This document shows, piece after piece, positions 1 to 10,587 of a stretch of DNA of 64,000 nucleotides. The DNA is from Fimbriimonadales bacterium (GTDB taxonomy: Bacteria > Armatimonadota > Fimbriimonadia > Fimbriimonadales > JABRVX01). Position 1 is the first letter of the stretch. Each line of letters begins with the position of its first letter. The notes beneath the pieces are model-generated. The model saw only the letters and a list, made by a program, of their open reading frames with translations, was not told the origin of the DNA and searched no databases. The stretch covers positions 32,001-96,000 of the forward strand of contig BTVI01000001.1 of assembly GCA_045862955.1 (NCBI GenBank), given 5' to 3'. The position numbers and the translations under genes are program-made.

Positions 1-643
1 GTTTGTCCACCTTCGGAAGCAGGTTCTCGATCACGGCGATCTTGTCTTCGACCTTGGCTCCGCCGAGCACCGCGACGAAGGGGCGTGCCGGGTCCGCCAG
101 AGCATCGCCTAGGAACTTTAGTTCCTTCTCCATCAACAGGCCGGCGACGCTGGGCAGATGATGCGCCACCCCTTCTGTACTGGAATGTGCACGGTGTGCG
201 GACCCGAAAGCATCGTTCACGTACACGTCGCCGAGCTTCGCCATCTGCGCAGCAAGGTCCGGGTCGTTCTTCGTCTCGCCCTTCTGGAAGCGCACGTTCT
301 CCAGCATCAGCACGTCGCCGGGTTTCAGGGAAGAGGCCATGGCCTCGACCTCTGGCCCAGCGCAGTCCGGGGCTAGGCGCACTTCCCTGCCAAGCAGTTC
401 GCTCAAGCGCCGGGCAACGGGTCCCAAGCTGAACTGTGGGTCCGGCCCTTCCTTCGGGCGCCCGAGGTGAGACATCAGCACCAGCGAGGCCCCACCGTCC
501 AGCAGAAGCTGAAGGGTGGGGAGGGCGGCTCGGATGCGGCGATCGTCCTTGATTACGCCCTCCTTGATGGGCACGTTGAAGTCCACGCGAACAAGCACGC
601 GCTTGCCGCGCACGTCTATGTCGCGAACCGTTTTCTTGGCCAT
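1..643 (-). CDS. pgk: Phosphoglycerate kinase (5' part; runs off the window start)
   Basis: Manual translation from ATG at 643 gives [25 protein letters not shown], the PGK signature. Lies directly downstream of gap. Confidence 0.96.
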   Translation of the reverse strand, partial: MAKKTVRDIDVRGKRVLVRVDFNVPIKEGVIKDDRRIRAALPTLQLLLDGGASLVLMSHLGRPKEGPDPQFSLGPVARRLSELLGREVRLAPDCAGPEVEAMASSLKPGDVLMLENVRFQKGETKNDPDLAAQMAKLGDVYVNDAFGSAHRAHSSTEGVAHHLPSVAGLLMEKELKFLGDALADPARPFVAVLGGAKVEDKIAVIENLLPKVDK

Positions 644-653
644 CGCAGCCTCT

Positions 654-1667
<1,014 letters not shown>

Positions 1668-1852
1668 GGTCACTCCCAAGGTGCGGTATAGATGTCCGAG
1701 TCTACCCAGGGATGCCACGCTGGACGGTCACTTCGGGACTTCTGCGAAGGCGGTCTCTGCATGAACCCGGTCGCTCTGCGGAACCCGTGCGGGTTGGATA
1801 AGGTTGTAGAATAAGATGGGTCGCCTCAGTCGAGGCCCGATAGGAGAAGCCG

Positions 1853-3853
1853 TTGCTGCCGACATTCGCACTTGCGCTTGCTGTCCTTCTCGCACCGCCT
1901 AAGGGCGTGATTCTCGACCACCCGCCAGCGTTTACGGAGCTGACCAAGACCCTCGCATCACCCAATCGCGCGATCGTACGATTCGCCTCGCCCGCTCACC
2001 GGTTCGCGGCTGCCGCAGCTGGCTACAAACTCCTGTGGGATATCCCGCAGCTCGGCTATAGCGTGGTGCTGGTGCCCTACGGGAGAGTAGATACTTCGAT
2101 TCGGCATCTGAAGGCGCTGGGTTACGTGACGGAAGCTTTTCCGGATCGAGTGTATCACCCTGCGTACACTCCGAACGATCCGGTATTCCCCGACCAGTGG
2201 AACCTGTTCGACCAGAAGATTCCGCAGGTATGGGACGTGGAGAAAGGCAGTTCCAGCGTGGTGATCGCCGTGCTGGACACCGGCGTGGACTACAACCACT
2301 CCGACTTGAACGCCAACATCTGGCGCAACACCGCCGACCCGGTGAACGGCGTTGACGACGACGGCAACGGCTACGTGGACGACTACTGGGGATGGGACTT
2401 CGCCTACAACGATCGCAACCCGATGGACGACCACGGCCATGGCACCGCGTGCGCGGGCATCAACGCTGCGGTGCAAGATAACAACTTCCAGATAAGCGGC
2501 GTGGCACCGCGATGTCGCATCATGTGCGTGAAGATCGGCCAGTCGGACGGCTACAGTTACGATTCGATGTTTGCTCCGGGCGTCGTGTATGCTGCGGATA
2601 ACGGTGCGAAGGTGCTCAGCATCAGTTACTTCAGCGACGACCTGACGCCGCTGTTACGTGCTGCCTGCGACTATGCCTACGAGAAGGGAGCGCTGCTATC
2701 GGTAGCGGCAGGCAACTTCGACGAGGTGTTCCCGCTGTATCCTGCCGGCTATGATCGCGCCATCGGCGTCGCCGCTCACGGGCAAGGCGACACGAAAGCG
2801 TACTTCAGCAACTTCGGGACATGGGTGGATGTTTCCGCTCCAGGCATTGGGATCCCGGCTAGCAGTCTGGGCGGCGGATACACGACTGGATTCTCGGGCA
2901 CTTCTGCGGCTGCACCGAACGCTGCAGGGGTGCTGGGGTTGCTGTTCAGCCACTTTCCCGGCGAGACTAACGAGCAGATTCGGCGTAGGCTCGAATACAC
3001 GGCCGGTCCCATCCCACCCACCCGGGAAGGAGAGGTGTGCAACTACGGTCGCGTTGACGCATCGGCGGCACTGGGTTTCGGACTCAGCGATCCAAACAAC
3101 GGGCTTGCGGGTCTGCGCGGCAAGCCTGCGGAGATTCGCTACGTCTCGCCGATGGTATTGCCGGCAGAGGGGGGGCGCCTCACGGTTCGTGGGCGCTACT
3201 TCGATCCGGGCGTCAAGGGGGTGTCCTTGCGTCTCGGCAGTACTCGCATCCCGGCGACCTACTGGTCCGATGAAGTGGTGGTGGCCGAGGTGCCACCCGG
3301 TACGCCGAGCGGTGTGCTCGTCGTCGATGCGCTGGGAACGTCCAACGGCATTCCCATCACCATAGCAGGACCAGGCGCGAGGTTCGAAGCGGTTCCGTCC
3401 GATTTCAACAGCGCGATCATCCCCGTCGGGGGTGGCTTGTCGCCTTTCGGCACCGCACGAGACATGTGGTTCGAGGACGGGCAAGTGGCCCGATTCGTTG
3501 CCGACTACGCGGGTCAGGATTTCGATATGAGGATCTTAGTCCGCGGTCTGGACAAGAACACGGTGAGCGAGCTAACCGCTTGCATCACCCGGTCAGTCGG
3601 TCCAGTGGGTCCCAATCCTGGGGGATCGCTACAACTCTATGACTTCTCGACGGGCAGCTACCCCTACGGAAGCTGGGCTACGGTGCTGACCGAGAACTTC
3701 AACCTGCAGGCCGGTACCGTCAAGGCCGCAGTGGGTGGTGATGTTTCGCGCTTCGTGTCGTACGAAGGTGACCTCTTCGTGCGCTATCGAGGTTTCCTCA
3801 AGCACTCTCAGGGCTACGTGGACGTGGATCGGCTGTGGTTCGAGTGGAAGTGA
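1853..3853 (+). CDS. Secreted S8 subtilisin-like serine peptidase with IPT/TIG-like and C-terminal beta domains
   Basis: Signal-like N-terminus; catalytic triad motifs VLDTG, HGHGT, SGTSAAAP; NGVDDDGNGYVDD insert; LTVRGRYF..WSDEVV IPT-like segment. Confidence 0.88.
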   Translation: MLPTFALALAVLLAPPKGVILDHPPAFTELTKTLASPNRAIVRFASPAHRFAAAAAGYKLLWDIPQLGYSVVLVPYGRVDTSIRHLKALGYVTEAFPDRVYHPAYTPNDPVFPDQWNLFDQKIPQVWDVEKGSSSVVIAVLDTGVDYNHSDLNANIWRNTADPVNGVDDDGNGYVDDYWGWDFAYNDRNPMDDHGHGTACAGINAAVQDNNFQISGVAPRCRIMCVKIGQSDGYSYDSMFAPGVVYAADNGAKVLSISYFSDDLTPLLRAACDYAYEKGALLSVAAGNFDEVFPLYPAGYDRAIGVAAHGQGDTKAYFSNFGTWVDVSAPGIGIPASSLGGGYTTGFSGTSAAAPNAAGVLGLLFSHFPGETNEQIRRRLEYTAGPIPPTREGEVCNYGRVDASAALGFGLSDPNNGLAGLRGKPAEIRYVSPMVLPAEGGRLTVRGRYFDPGVKGVSLRLGSTRIPATYWSDEVVVAEVPPGTPSGVLVVDALGTSNGIPITIAGPGARFEAVPSDFNSAIIPVGGGLSPFGTARDMWFEDGQVARFVADYAGQDFDMRILVRGLDKNTVSELTACITRSVGPVGPNPGGSLQLYDFSTGSYPYGSWATVLTENFNLQAGTVKAAVGGDVSRFVSYEGDLFVRYRGFLKHSQGYVDVDRLWFEWK

Positions 3854-3860
3854 GCCTGCG

Positions 3861-5057
3861 CTAGGCTGCCTTCGTAGCAGGTGACGGGCGCCGCTCGCGG
3901 GCTATGCCTGGGAAGCGGAGCGTCACTCGATTGATCTTCCCTGGCTCGCTGATGCAGATCATCCGGCCGCCGTGCTCTTCCACGATGCTCTTGGCAGCAG
4001 CGAGGCTCAGTCTCGTCTGCTCGCTGGCTGCGAGGGAAGTCGGCCACTGGCCTTTCGAGCAGTCCTCATCTCGGAAGCCCGTGTCTGCTATCTCGATGAC
4101 TGCCTGAGGCGGTCTTCCATCCTCGCGCCGTGTAGAAACCGTCACCTCGCCGCCTGGGCGGCACGTCTCGATGGCGCTCATCACGAGGGTTACGAAGACC
4201 TGTTGCAGCCTGCTCGGCACAGCGAACACCTCGGGCACATTCGGGTCGAGGTGCGTAGTCAGGACGAGTCGGGACTGAACCAGTTCGCTTTCTAACAGCA
4301 GCAGAGCATCACCGAGAACGGAATTCACGGAGACTCGTCTAGGCGTCGCCTGCTCGGCGGACGTGTACTGGATCAGCGCCTCTAGTACTCGCTTGGAGTG
4401 TCGAGCGGCCGTTTCGAGACGCTGCAGACCGAGGATGAGGTGCTGCTTGTCTCCCTCTGCGGCCGGGTCTGTCGATAGCGACTGCGCTTTCTCCGTCGCG
4501 TACTGAGCCAGATACTGGACGGCTTCCAGGGGGGCGCTGATGTCTCGGACGACCGTCTCGGCCAGCTTGCCTACACCGGCGTGCCGCCCTGCCGTGATCA
4601 ACTCTTCGGCGCCCTCTTGAAGACGCCGCACGGCAGCCTCGAGGTCGGCTTCCAGACGACGGTTCTGGGCGCGTAGCTGGCGCGTATGCACTGCCCGCTC
4701 AACGGCTACGGTCAGCTCTCGGATATCGTCGAGCGGCTTCGTTAGGTAGTCGTAGAGGTTTCCAGCACGGACTGCTTCTAACACGTTCTCGAGGGAGCCG
4801 TAGGCGGTGAGGATGATGACCTCACAAAGCGGCCACCTATTCTTTGCGGCGTGCATGACCTCGAGGCCGTCTGCCTTGGGCATCCGCATGTCGGTCACGA
4901 CTACGGAGTATTCGTTCGACTCGATGCAGGCAATGGCCTCGTGCCCGTCGGCGGCTCGGTCTACGGAGAAGCCGGAGATCTCCAATTGTTTGCTTAGGAC
5001 AAGTCGGAGGCCCTCCTCGTCCTCTGCAACTAGGACGCGGTGAACGTGATGGGACAC
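3861..5057 (-). CDS. Receiver domain fused to a degenerate histidine-kinase module
   Basis: REC motifs VLVAEDE, VVTDMRMP, LTAYG, YLTKP, then a coiled coil and HisKA/HATPase-like region. GTG start at 5057 follows a GGAGGGGG RBS. Confidence 0.82.
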   Translation of the reverse strand: MSHHVHRVLVAEDEEGLRLVLSKQLEISGFSVDRAADGHEAIACIESNEYSVVVTDMRMPKADGLEVMHAAKNRWPLCEVIILTAYGSLENVLEAVRAGNLYDYLTKPLDDIRELTVAVERAVHTRQLRAQNRRLEADLEAAVRRLQEGAEELITAGRHAGVGKLAETVVRDISAPLEAVQYLAQYATEKAQSLSTDPAAEGDKQHLILGLQRLETAARHSKRVLEALIQYTSAEQATPRRVSVNSVLGDALLLLESELVQSRLVLTTHLDPNVPEVFAVPSRLQQVFVTLVMSAIETCRPGGEVTVSTRREDGRPPQAVIEIADTGFRDEDCSKGQWPTSLAASEQTRLSLAAAKSIVEEHGGRMICISEPGKINRVTLRFPGIARERRPSPATKAA

Positions 5058-5152
5058 TGTGTTTCCCCCTCCGTACCCTGACATTATCGGTAGCGAGCAG
5101 GCTGCATCGGACCTAGTGCCGTTGGAGGCGCTGGGAGGTTGCGACGCGGGTC

Positions 5153-5830
5153 GTGCTACACTTCTGTGCTGTGGATCCCCTTCACGCACAGGTCTTGCGC
5201 TGGTCGGAGAGACTGCGCGCCATTGCACAAACGGGCCTGGCCTTTCGTCCTCACACGTACGACGAAGAGCGCTACTCTGAAGCGCTGCGGCTTGCCGCCG
5301 AGATGCAGGCATTCGCGCTCACCGCGGACGCCAAGGAACTCGAGGTCGAGTGGCGGGCCAGTATCGGCGAAGGACCCCGTGGGTACGTCACCCCGCAAGC
5401 CAGCGTCATCGCTGCCGTTCTGAACGACCACCGCGAGCTGCTGCTGGTCCATCGGCCAGACAGTCAACGCTGGTTTCCACCCTCGGGGTGGGCAGACGTG
5501 GGCCGGACGGCAGCCGAGGTCGCGGCCAAAGAGGTGCGAGAGGAAACCGGCTACCGGGTCCGTCCTATTGGCCTACTCGGCTGCTTCGACAGCATCGCTC
5601 AAGGGCTGTCCAGCTTTCATTTCTACTGCCTGTTCTTCGAGTGCCGACTGGAGGGAGGAGAGCTGCGTAGGAACGACTTAGAGGCGCTCGACATAGGATG
5701 GTTCCCCCGAGATGGGTTGCCAGCGCCGCTGCACGGTGGGGACTGGTGGGTTCCGGTGTGCTTCGGCCCGGCAGAAGGGCCCGGGTTCGATCCCGTGCCC
5801 GAGAGCATCTTGGAGGAGGTTTGGAAGTGA
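5153..5830 (+). CDS. NUDIX hydrolase with N-terminal Nudix_N domain
   Basis: LRAIAQTGLAF..YDEERY N-domain; Nudix box GWADVGRTAAEVAAKEVREETG. Confidence 0.9.
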   Translation: MLHFCAVDPLHAQVLRWSERLRAIAQTGLAFRPHTYDEERYSEALRLAAEMQAFALTADAKELEVEWRASIGEGPRGYVTPQASVIAAVLNDHRELLLVHRPDSQRWFPPSGWADVGRTAAEVAAKEVREETGYRVRPIGLLGCFDSIAQGLSSFHFYCLFFECRLEGGELRRNDLEALDIGWFPRDGLPAPLHGGDWWVPVCFGPAEGPGFDPVPESILEEVWK

Positions 5831-6246
5831 GCGACACGATGACGGTGCGCTGGACGGGAGGTATGAGCTTCAGCGCCACCAGCAAGTTCGGAATGGAGAT
5901 GCGAGCCGACGCATCCAGGCAGGTGGGCGGGCAGGAATCGGCGCCCTCGCCGGGTGAGTACCTTTACTTTGCTGCGGCGGGCTGCACGGGCATGGACGTG
6001 ATCAGCATCCTGAACAAGATGAAGCAGGAGGTCTCGTCCTACTCCATCACAGTCGAGGTCGAACGGCACATGGGTGACTACCCTAGGCCGATCACCAAGT
6101 TGAAGGTCATTCACACGCTTTCCGGCCCCAATCTCGACCCTGAGGCGGTGGAAAAAGCGGTGAAGCTCTCCGATGAGAAGTACTGCTTCGTAGCTGCCAG
6201 CTTGCGACAGCCCGTCGAAGTTTCGGCGGAGTATCGGGTCGAGTAG
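5827..6246 (+). CDS. OsmC/YhfA family protein
   Basis: GTG overlaps the NUDIX stop (GTGA); PSPGE..AAAGCTGMDV and LSDEKYCFV conserved Cys pair. Confidence 0.88.
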   Translation: MSDTMTVRWTGGMSFSATSKFGMEMRADASRQVGGQESAPSPGEYLYFAAAGCTGMDVISILNKMKQEVSSYSITVEVERHMGDYPRPITKLKVIHTLSGPNLDPEAVEKAVKLSDEKYCFVAASLRQPVEVSAEYRVE

Positions 6247-6260
6247 TTCCCGAACGAAAC

Positions 6261-6296
6261 GGGGCGGTGCGCTGCGGCACCGCCCCAATTTCATTT
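6261..6296. terminator. Probable bidirectional intrinsic terminator
   Basis: Perfect 10-bp stem ggggcggtgc/gcaccgcccc (6261-6286) with T-rich flanks on both strands, between convergent genes. Confidence 0.7.
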
Positions 6297-6311
6297 TGGC
6301 CTGGGAGTAGG

Positions 6312-6440
6312 CTACTCCCCGGTGGTCTCTTGCTTGGGCTCGGGAGCCGGCGTCTCCTCCTTGGCGCCGCAACCAGCGATCAGAGCGACCGACGACGCCA
6401 GAACCAGAACGGCCAAAAGCTGAGCGATAAGCTTCTTCAT
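6312..6440 (-). CDS. Small 42-aa lipoprotein (absent from the ORF track)
   Basis: GGAGGGAAGA-ATG; MKKLIAQLLAVLVLASSVALIAGCGAKEETPAPEPKQETTGE*; lipobox IAG-C; own promoter motif upstream and terminator downstream. Confidence 0.8.
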   Translation of the reverse strand: MKKLIAQLLAVLVLASSVALIAGCGAKEETPAPEPKQETTGE

Positions 6441-6515
6441 TCTTCCCTCCATAGTTCAGCGTGGCCGCTCTGTGCGGCAGCCCGCTGAGATCTCACGTGC
6501 TCTTTCCCAATCGGT

Positions 6516-6542
6516 TTCGTTGGCGCGGCGGAGCATTCCTGC
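6516..6542 (-). promoter_or_regulatory. SigH-like alternative-sigma promoter for the small lipoprotein
   Basis: GCAGGA-N17-CGAA on the minus strand; the same motif and spacing recur at three other gene starts. Confidence 0.55.
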
Positions 6543-6564
6543 TGTGCCTACCCAAGAACGGTCC

Positions 6565-8094
6565 TTAGGGCTGCAGCGCAGCGAGCAGAACTTCCGCGGT
6601 GAGGTGGATCGAGTCCTTCTCGACACGCTCCGTCACGCCGTGCGCATCCTTGCCCCACGGGCCTATGTTGGCGATTGGGCAGCCGAGCCCCGAGAGGCCG
6701 ACTTCGGGGACAGTATAGCCCAAACGGCGCGCTTTCCACTGCGGCGTGTTCGAGGCCAGTTCGGCGACGTGCTCCGCCTTCTCCGCTCCGCCGATGTAGC
6801 TGACGTCGCTGATGTACGGGTAGAAGTCTCGAACGCACATTCCGAAACGCCTGCCTAAGGCCTCGATGCTTGTGCGAAATGCGGCGTCGCGTACGTGAAC
6901 GTGAGGGTAGTATGGCGGAGCCAACAGGATGAGGATGAACGGCCACTCGATACGTGACCGCTCCACGGCGGCTCGCGCAACAGCTAAGCTGATGTCCCTG
7001 TGGTCCGGCTCGCCATCGGTCTGCGCAATGACGTCGGTCATCGCGGCCTCTCTAGCCTCGGCTGGCAGTTCTTCGTATAGAAGCACCCGTGGACGAAGCT
7101 CGGCTGGAGTTTCCTGGTCTTGGTCGCCGGAGTAGCGGGCTAGGCTCTCGTTGCGGCGCTCTAGTACCTTCTGCACGGCTTGGCAGGCAAGAGACTTCAG
7201 TGCAGCTAGAGCGTCCCCGGGACCTCGCGAATAGGTCATCAAGTTGCAGTAGGCGTACGCCTCGAAGGCCGTCTGCACGTCATAGTTGCGCTTTAGGTCG
7301 CGAAGGCAAAGGGTAACGGGGGGGACGGATACCTCTTCGCCAACCCTGTCGCACAGGTCGGGATTGAGGTGAATGAGCGACACCAACTCCGCTGCGAGTG
7401 CGCAGGCATCCAGACCGCGATACGGCTCGCCGACATGGGTCTCGATGCCGCCGATGAGGAACATGGGAAGCAGCTTGCCGATGGAACCCAGGTATATGTA
7501 CTTGGTCTCGTCGCCGGGGAAGCGCGGCGCCGTGTAGTCGGAGTTGAGCACCCCGCACAGGCTGAGACCCTCCGCTTCGGCCATCGCCTTCACCTCTGGC
7601 AGCGCGCTCAGGATGCCCGCCGACGCGGCTTCCTCGTCCGGGCAGGAGAGAAACAGCACATTTGCCTTCGGCCGGGATGCCAGCACGGCGATCTGAGCCG
7701 CAATGCCCGACTTCATGTCCAGCGCGCCACGCCCGAACAGGTACCGCCCGGACCTCGCATCGTCGGCCACTTCTCGCCCGTAGCGCCCGGTCGCGAACGG
7801 CTCGACGAGGGTGTGTGGCCGGAACGCATCGCCTCCGGGGATGCCTGCGTAGTCGCCGATGCCGACGGTATCGAAGTGGCTCGTCAAGACCCAAAGCTCA
7901 TCTCCAGCGCCTCCTCGATGCAGCGTCCACACGCTCCTTCGACCGTCCGTCGTAGGCCAGAAGCCGGGTCGTAGGCCGATGGCTGCCAGTTCCTCGGCGA
8001 TGAGGTCGGCCATGCGGTTTTCGGATGCGACATCGCCCGTCACACTGGGCTGGGCCACGAGTCGCTGGGTTAGCAGAATGGGGTCGATCTTCAT
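6565..8094 (-). CDS. rocB: M20/M25/M40 metallohydrolase, RocB (arginine utilisation) type
   Basis: SHFDTV, GRGALDMKSG, PDEE, GSIGKLLP, ETHVGEP, YPYISDVSY, GPWGKDAH..TER motifs. Start ATG 8094 after GGAGAGG. Confidence 0.78.
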   Translation of the reverse strand: MKIDPILLTQRLVAQPSVTGDVASENRMADLIAEELAAIGLRPGFWPTTDGRRSVWTLHRGGAGDELWVLTSHFDTVGIGDYAGIPGGDAFRPHTLVEPFATGRYGREVADDARSGRYLFGRGALDMKSGIAAQIAVLASRPKANVLFLSCPDEEAASAGILSALPEVKAMAEAEGLSLCGVLNSDYTAPRFPGDETKYIYLGSIGKLLPMFLIGGIETHVGEPYRGLDACALAAELVSLIHLNPDLCDRVGEEVSVPPVTLCLRDLKRNYDVQTAFEAYAYCNLMTYSRGPGDALAALKSLACQAVQKVLERRNESLARYSGDQDQETPAELRPRVLLYEELPAEAREAAMTDVIAQTDGEPDHRDISLAVARAAVERSRIEWPFILILLAPPYYPHVHVRDAAFRTSIEALGRRFGMCVRDFYPYISDVSYIGGAEKAEHVAELASNTPQWKARRLGYTVPEVGLSGLGCPIANIGPWGKDAHGVTERVEKDSIHLTAEVLLAALQP

Positions 8095-8248
8095 TTGGAG
8101 CCTCTCCGTCGAGTCACGCTTCGTTGCGCGTTGATCGAAAGATACCTCCATGGACCCAGCTTTGCGAGTAATGCGGTTCCGAGCGGATAATCTATAGGGG
8201 TGGGGAGCAGCGTGGCTCCCCAATCTCTACCGAAGGAGTTGAGACGAA

Positions 8249-9607
8249 ATGGGTTCGAAAGTCAGGCGCCGGGTCGTGATCATGGGTGCCGCGGGGCGAG
8301 ACTTCCACGTGTTCAACACGTATTTCCGGGGGAACGACGGGTACGAGGTGGTGGCTTTCACCGCGACGCAGATACCCAACATCGAGGGCCGTGTGTACCC
8401 TACCGAGTTGGCGGGTGAACTGTATCCGAACGGAATCCCGATCCACCCAGAGGGCGAACTAGCCGAGATCGTGCTGAAGCACCAGGTGGACGAGGTGGTG
8501 TTCGCTTACAGCGACATCACGCATCTCGAGGTTATGCACAAGGCGTCGCTCGCACTCTCGCTCGGTCCCGACTTTCGATTGTTCGGCGCAGATGCGACGA
8601 TGCTGCATTCTAGCAAGCCGGTGATTGCCGTGTGCGCGGTGCGGACCGGCTGCGGAAAGAGCCAAGTGACGCGCGCGCTGGCGACCGCCCTAAAGGAGAT
8701 GGGCCTGCGAACGGTGGCAGTGCGTCATCCGATGCCGTACGGTGATCTTCGGAAGCAGGTATGTCAGCGGTTCGAAACGATCGAAGACCTCAAAGCGCAC
8801 CACTGCACCATCGAGGAGATGGAAGAGTACGAACCGCACATCGCTGCCGGCCACGTGGTGTACGCAGGCGTGGATTACGAGCAGATTGTGCGTAACGCCG
8901 AGCAGGAGGCGGACGTGATCCTGTGGGACGGCGGCAACAACGATGTTCCCTTCTTCCGACCCTCCCTGATGATCGTCGTAGCCGATCCGCACCGACCGGG
9001 ACACGAGATGCAGTATCACCCCGGCGAGACGAATTTGCGCATGGCGGACGTGGTAGTGGTAAGCAAGACCGACACGGCACCTCTATCGGGGGTGGAGCAA
9101 GTAGAAGCCAACGTGCGCGCGGTCAATCCGAAGGCACGCATCCTGCGAGCCAAGTCACCTGTTAGTGTGCCTGACCCGTCGGCTATTCGTGACAAGAGCG
9201 TACTACTCATCGAGGATGGTCCGACGGTCACTCACGGAGAGATGTCCTATGGTGCTGCCTACGTTGCGGCGAAGAAGTGGGGCGCTGGCGAGCCCATAGA
9301 CCCACGACCCCATGCGGTGGGCACGATCAAAGCGACATTCGAGAAGTACCCACACCTGGAGAAGGTGCTCCCTGCTATGGGGTACGGCGACCGCCAGATT
9401 GCCGACTTGGAGCAGACCATCGCGGCGGTGCCTTGCGACCTGGTTTTGATTGGGACGCCGATCGACCTGTCGCGCGTGGTGCGCATCGAGAAGCCGGCGA
9501 TGCGGGTCAAGTACGAGCTGGATGCAGAGACGGTTTCCGCCCTTCGCGCGGATCTGGAGCGCACGGTACAGGAGAGCCGATTGCCGGCACCGGGTGTAAG
9601 GGCGTAG
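8249..9607 (+). CDS. COG2403 P-loop ATPase (cyclic 2,3-diphosphoglycerate synthetase-like; possibly arginine synthetase ArcE)
   Basis: MGAAGRDFH, AFTATQIP, AVRTGCGKSQ P-loop, RHPMPYGDL, WDGGNND, EDGPT.THG, LPAMGY. Confidence 0.8.
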   Translation: MGSKVRRRVVIMGAAGRDFHVFNTYFRGNDGYEVVAFTATQIPNIEGRVYPTELAGELYPNGIPIHPEGELAEIVLKHQVDEVVFAYSDITHLEVMHKASLALSLGPDFRLFGADATMLHSSKPVIAVCAVRTGCGKSQVTRALATALKEMGLRTVAVRHPMPYGDLRKQVCQRFETIEDLKAHHCTIEEMEEYEPHIAAGHVVYAGVDYEQIVRNAEQEADVILWDGGNNDVPFFRPSLMIVVADPHRPGHEMQYHPGETNLRMADVVVVSKTDTAPLSGVEQVEANVRAVNPKARILRAKSPVSVPDPSAIRDKSVLLIEDGPTVTHGEMSYGAAYVAAKKWGAGEPIDPRPHAVGTIKATFEKYPHLEKVLPAMGYGDRQIADLEQTIAAVPCDLVLIGTPIDLSRVVRIEKPAMRVKYELDAETVSALRADLERTVQESRLPAPGVRA

Positions 9608-9693
9608 GGGACTCGTTCTGACGGCTGATACGCAAGCCCCAGGGTGCCTAACCTCACCTCCTTGGGGGCAGCCGAAACAGCGGTTCGGTACGG

Positions 9694-10584
9694 TCAGGTG
9701 GTTGCGCAGTCTCGCTGCAGGCGGTCCCAGCGCTCCTGGACATCTACGGTGAACTGCGCGACCATCTCTGGCGTAAGGTGTTTGAAACGACCCTGCACCC
9801 TCAAATACTGCTCCACGCTGATCGGTCGCTTCGGGTGATAGGTGATGTGGTACCGGACTCCGTCTTCCACCTCATAAAGCGGAAACACGTTCGATTCAAC
9901 GGCCATGCGTGCGATCTCGACCGTCAGCTCCGATGCCATCTTCCATCCTGCGGGACAGGGGGCGAGGATGTGGATGAAGCGCATTCCTACGATGCCTTTC
10001 GCCTTCAGAAACTTCCGCATCAGGTCTTCGGGGTACGCAACGGATGCGGTGGCACAGTAGGGGATCCGATGCGCCGCCATGATGCGGTCTATATCCTTTT
10101 TCCGGTCCGCTTTAGGTGACGTCTCTGGCGTGGTAGTGGTCCACGCGGAGAATGGAGTCGCAGACGAGCGCTGGATGCCCGTGTTCATGTACGCCTCGTT
10201 ATCGTAACACACGAACAGGATGTTCTCGTTCCTCTCCGCCGCAGCGGAGAGCGCCTGCAATCCGATGTCGAAGGTTCCCCCATCGCCCGCCCAGGCCATC
10301 ACGGTGACATTCTCGATCCCCTGCATATCCAGGGCCGCACGTATGCCGCTGGCAGTTGCCGCCGCCGTCTCGAACGCACAGTGATACACGGGCACCCCCA
10401 GATTGCAGTAGGGGAACGGGCCCGCAATCACCGACCAGCAGCAAGCCGGCAGTGCTATCATGGTGCGCTCCCCCAGCGCCTTCAGCGCATAGCGCATGGC
10501 CAAGGTGGCCCCACATCCCTGGCAGGCTAGGTGTCCCGAGCCGCACAGTTCCGGGGCTCTCAGGTCTACGGCTGTCTCGGTCAT
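9694..10584 (-). CDS. porB: Pyruvate/2-ketoisovalerate:ferredoxin oxidoreductase beta subunit
   Basis: GHLACQGCG; TPP motif GDGGTFDIG..DNEAYMNTG; APCPAGW. Confidence 0.9.
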   Translation of the reverse strand: MTETAVDLRAPELCGSGHLACQGCGATLAMRYALKALGERTMIALPACCWSVIAGPFPYCNLGVPVYHCAFETAAATASGIRAALDMQGIENVTVMAWAGDGGTFDIGLQALSAAAERNENILFVCYDNEAYMNTGIQRSSATPFSAWTTTTPETSPKADRKKDIDRIMAAHRIPYCATASVAYPEDLMRKFLKAKGIVGMRFIHILAPCPAGWKMASELTVEIARMAVESNVFPLYEVEDGVRYHITYHPKRPISVEQYLRVQGRFKHLTPEMVAQFTVDVQERWDRLQRDCATT

Positions 10585-10587
10585 TGG

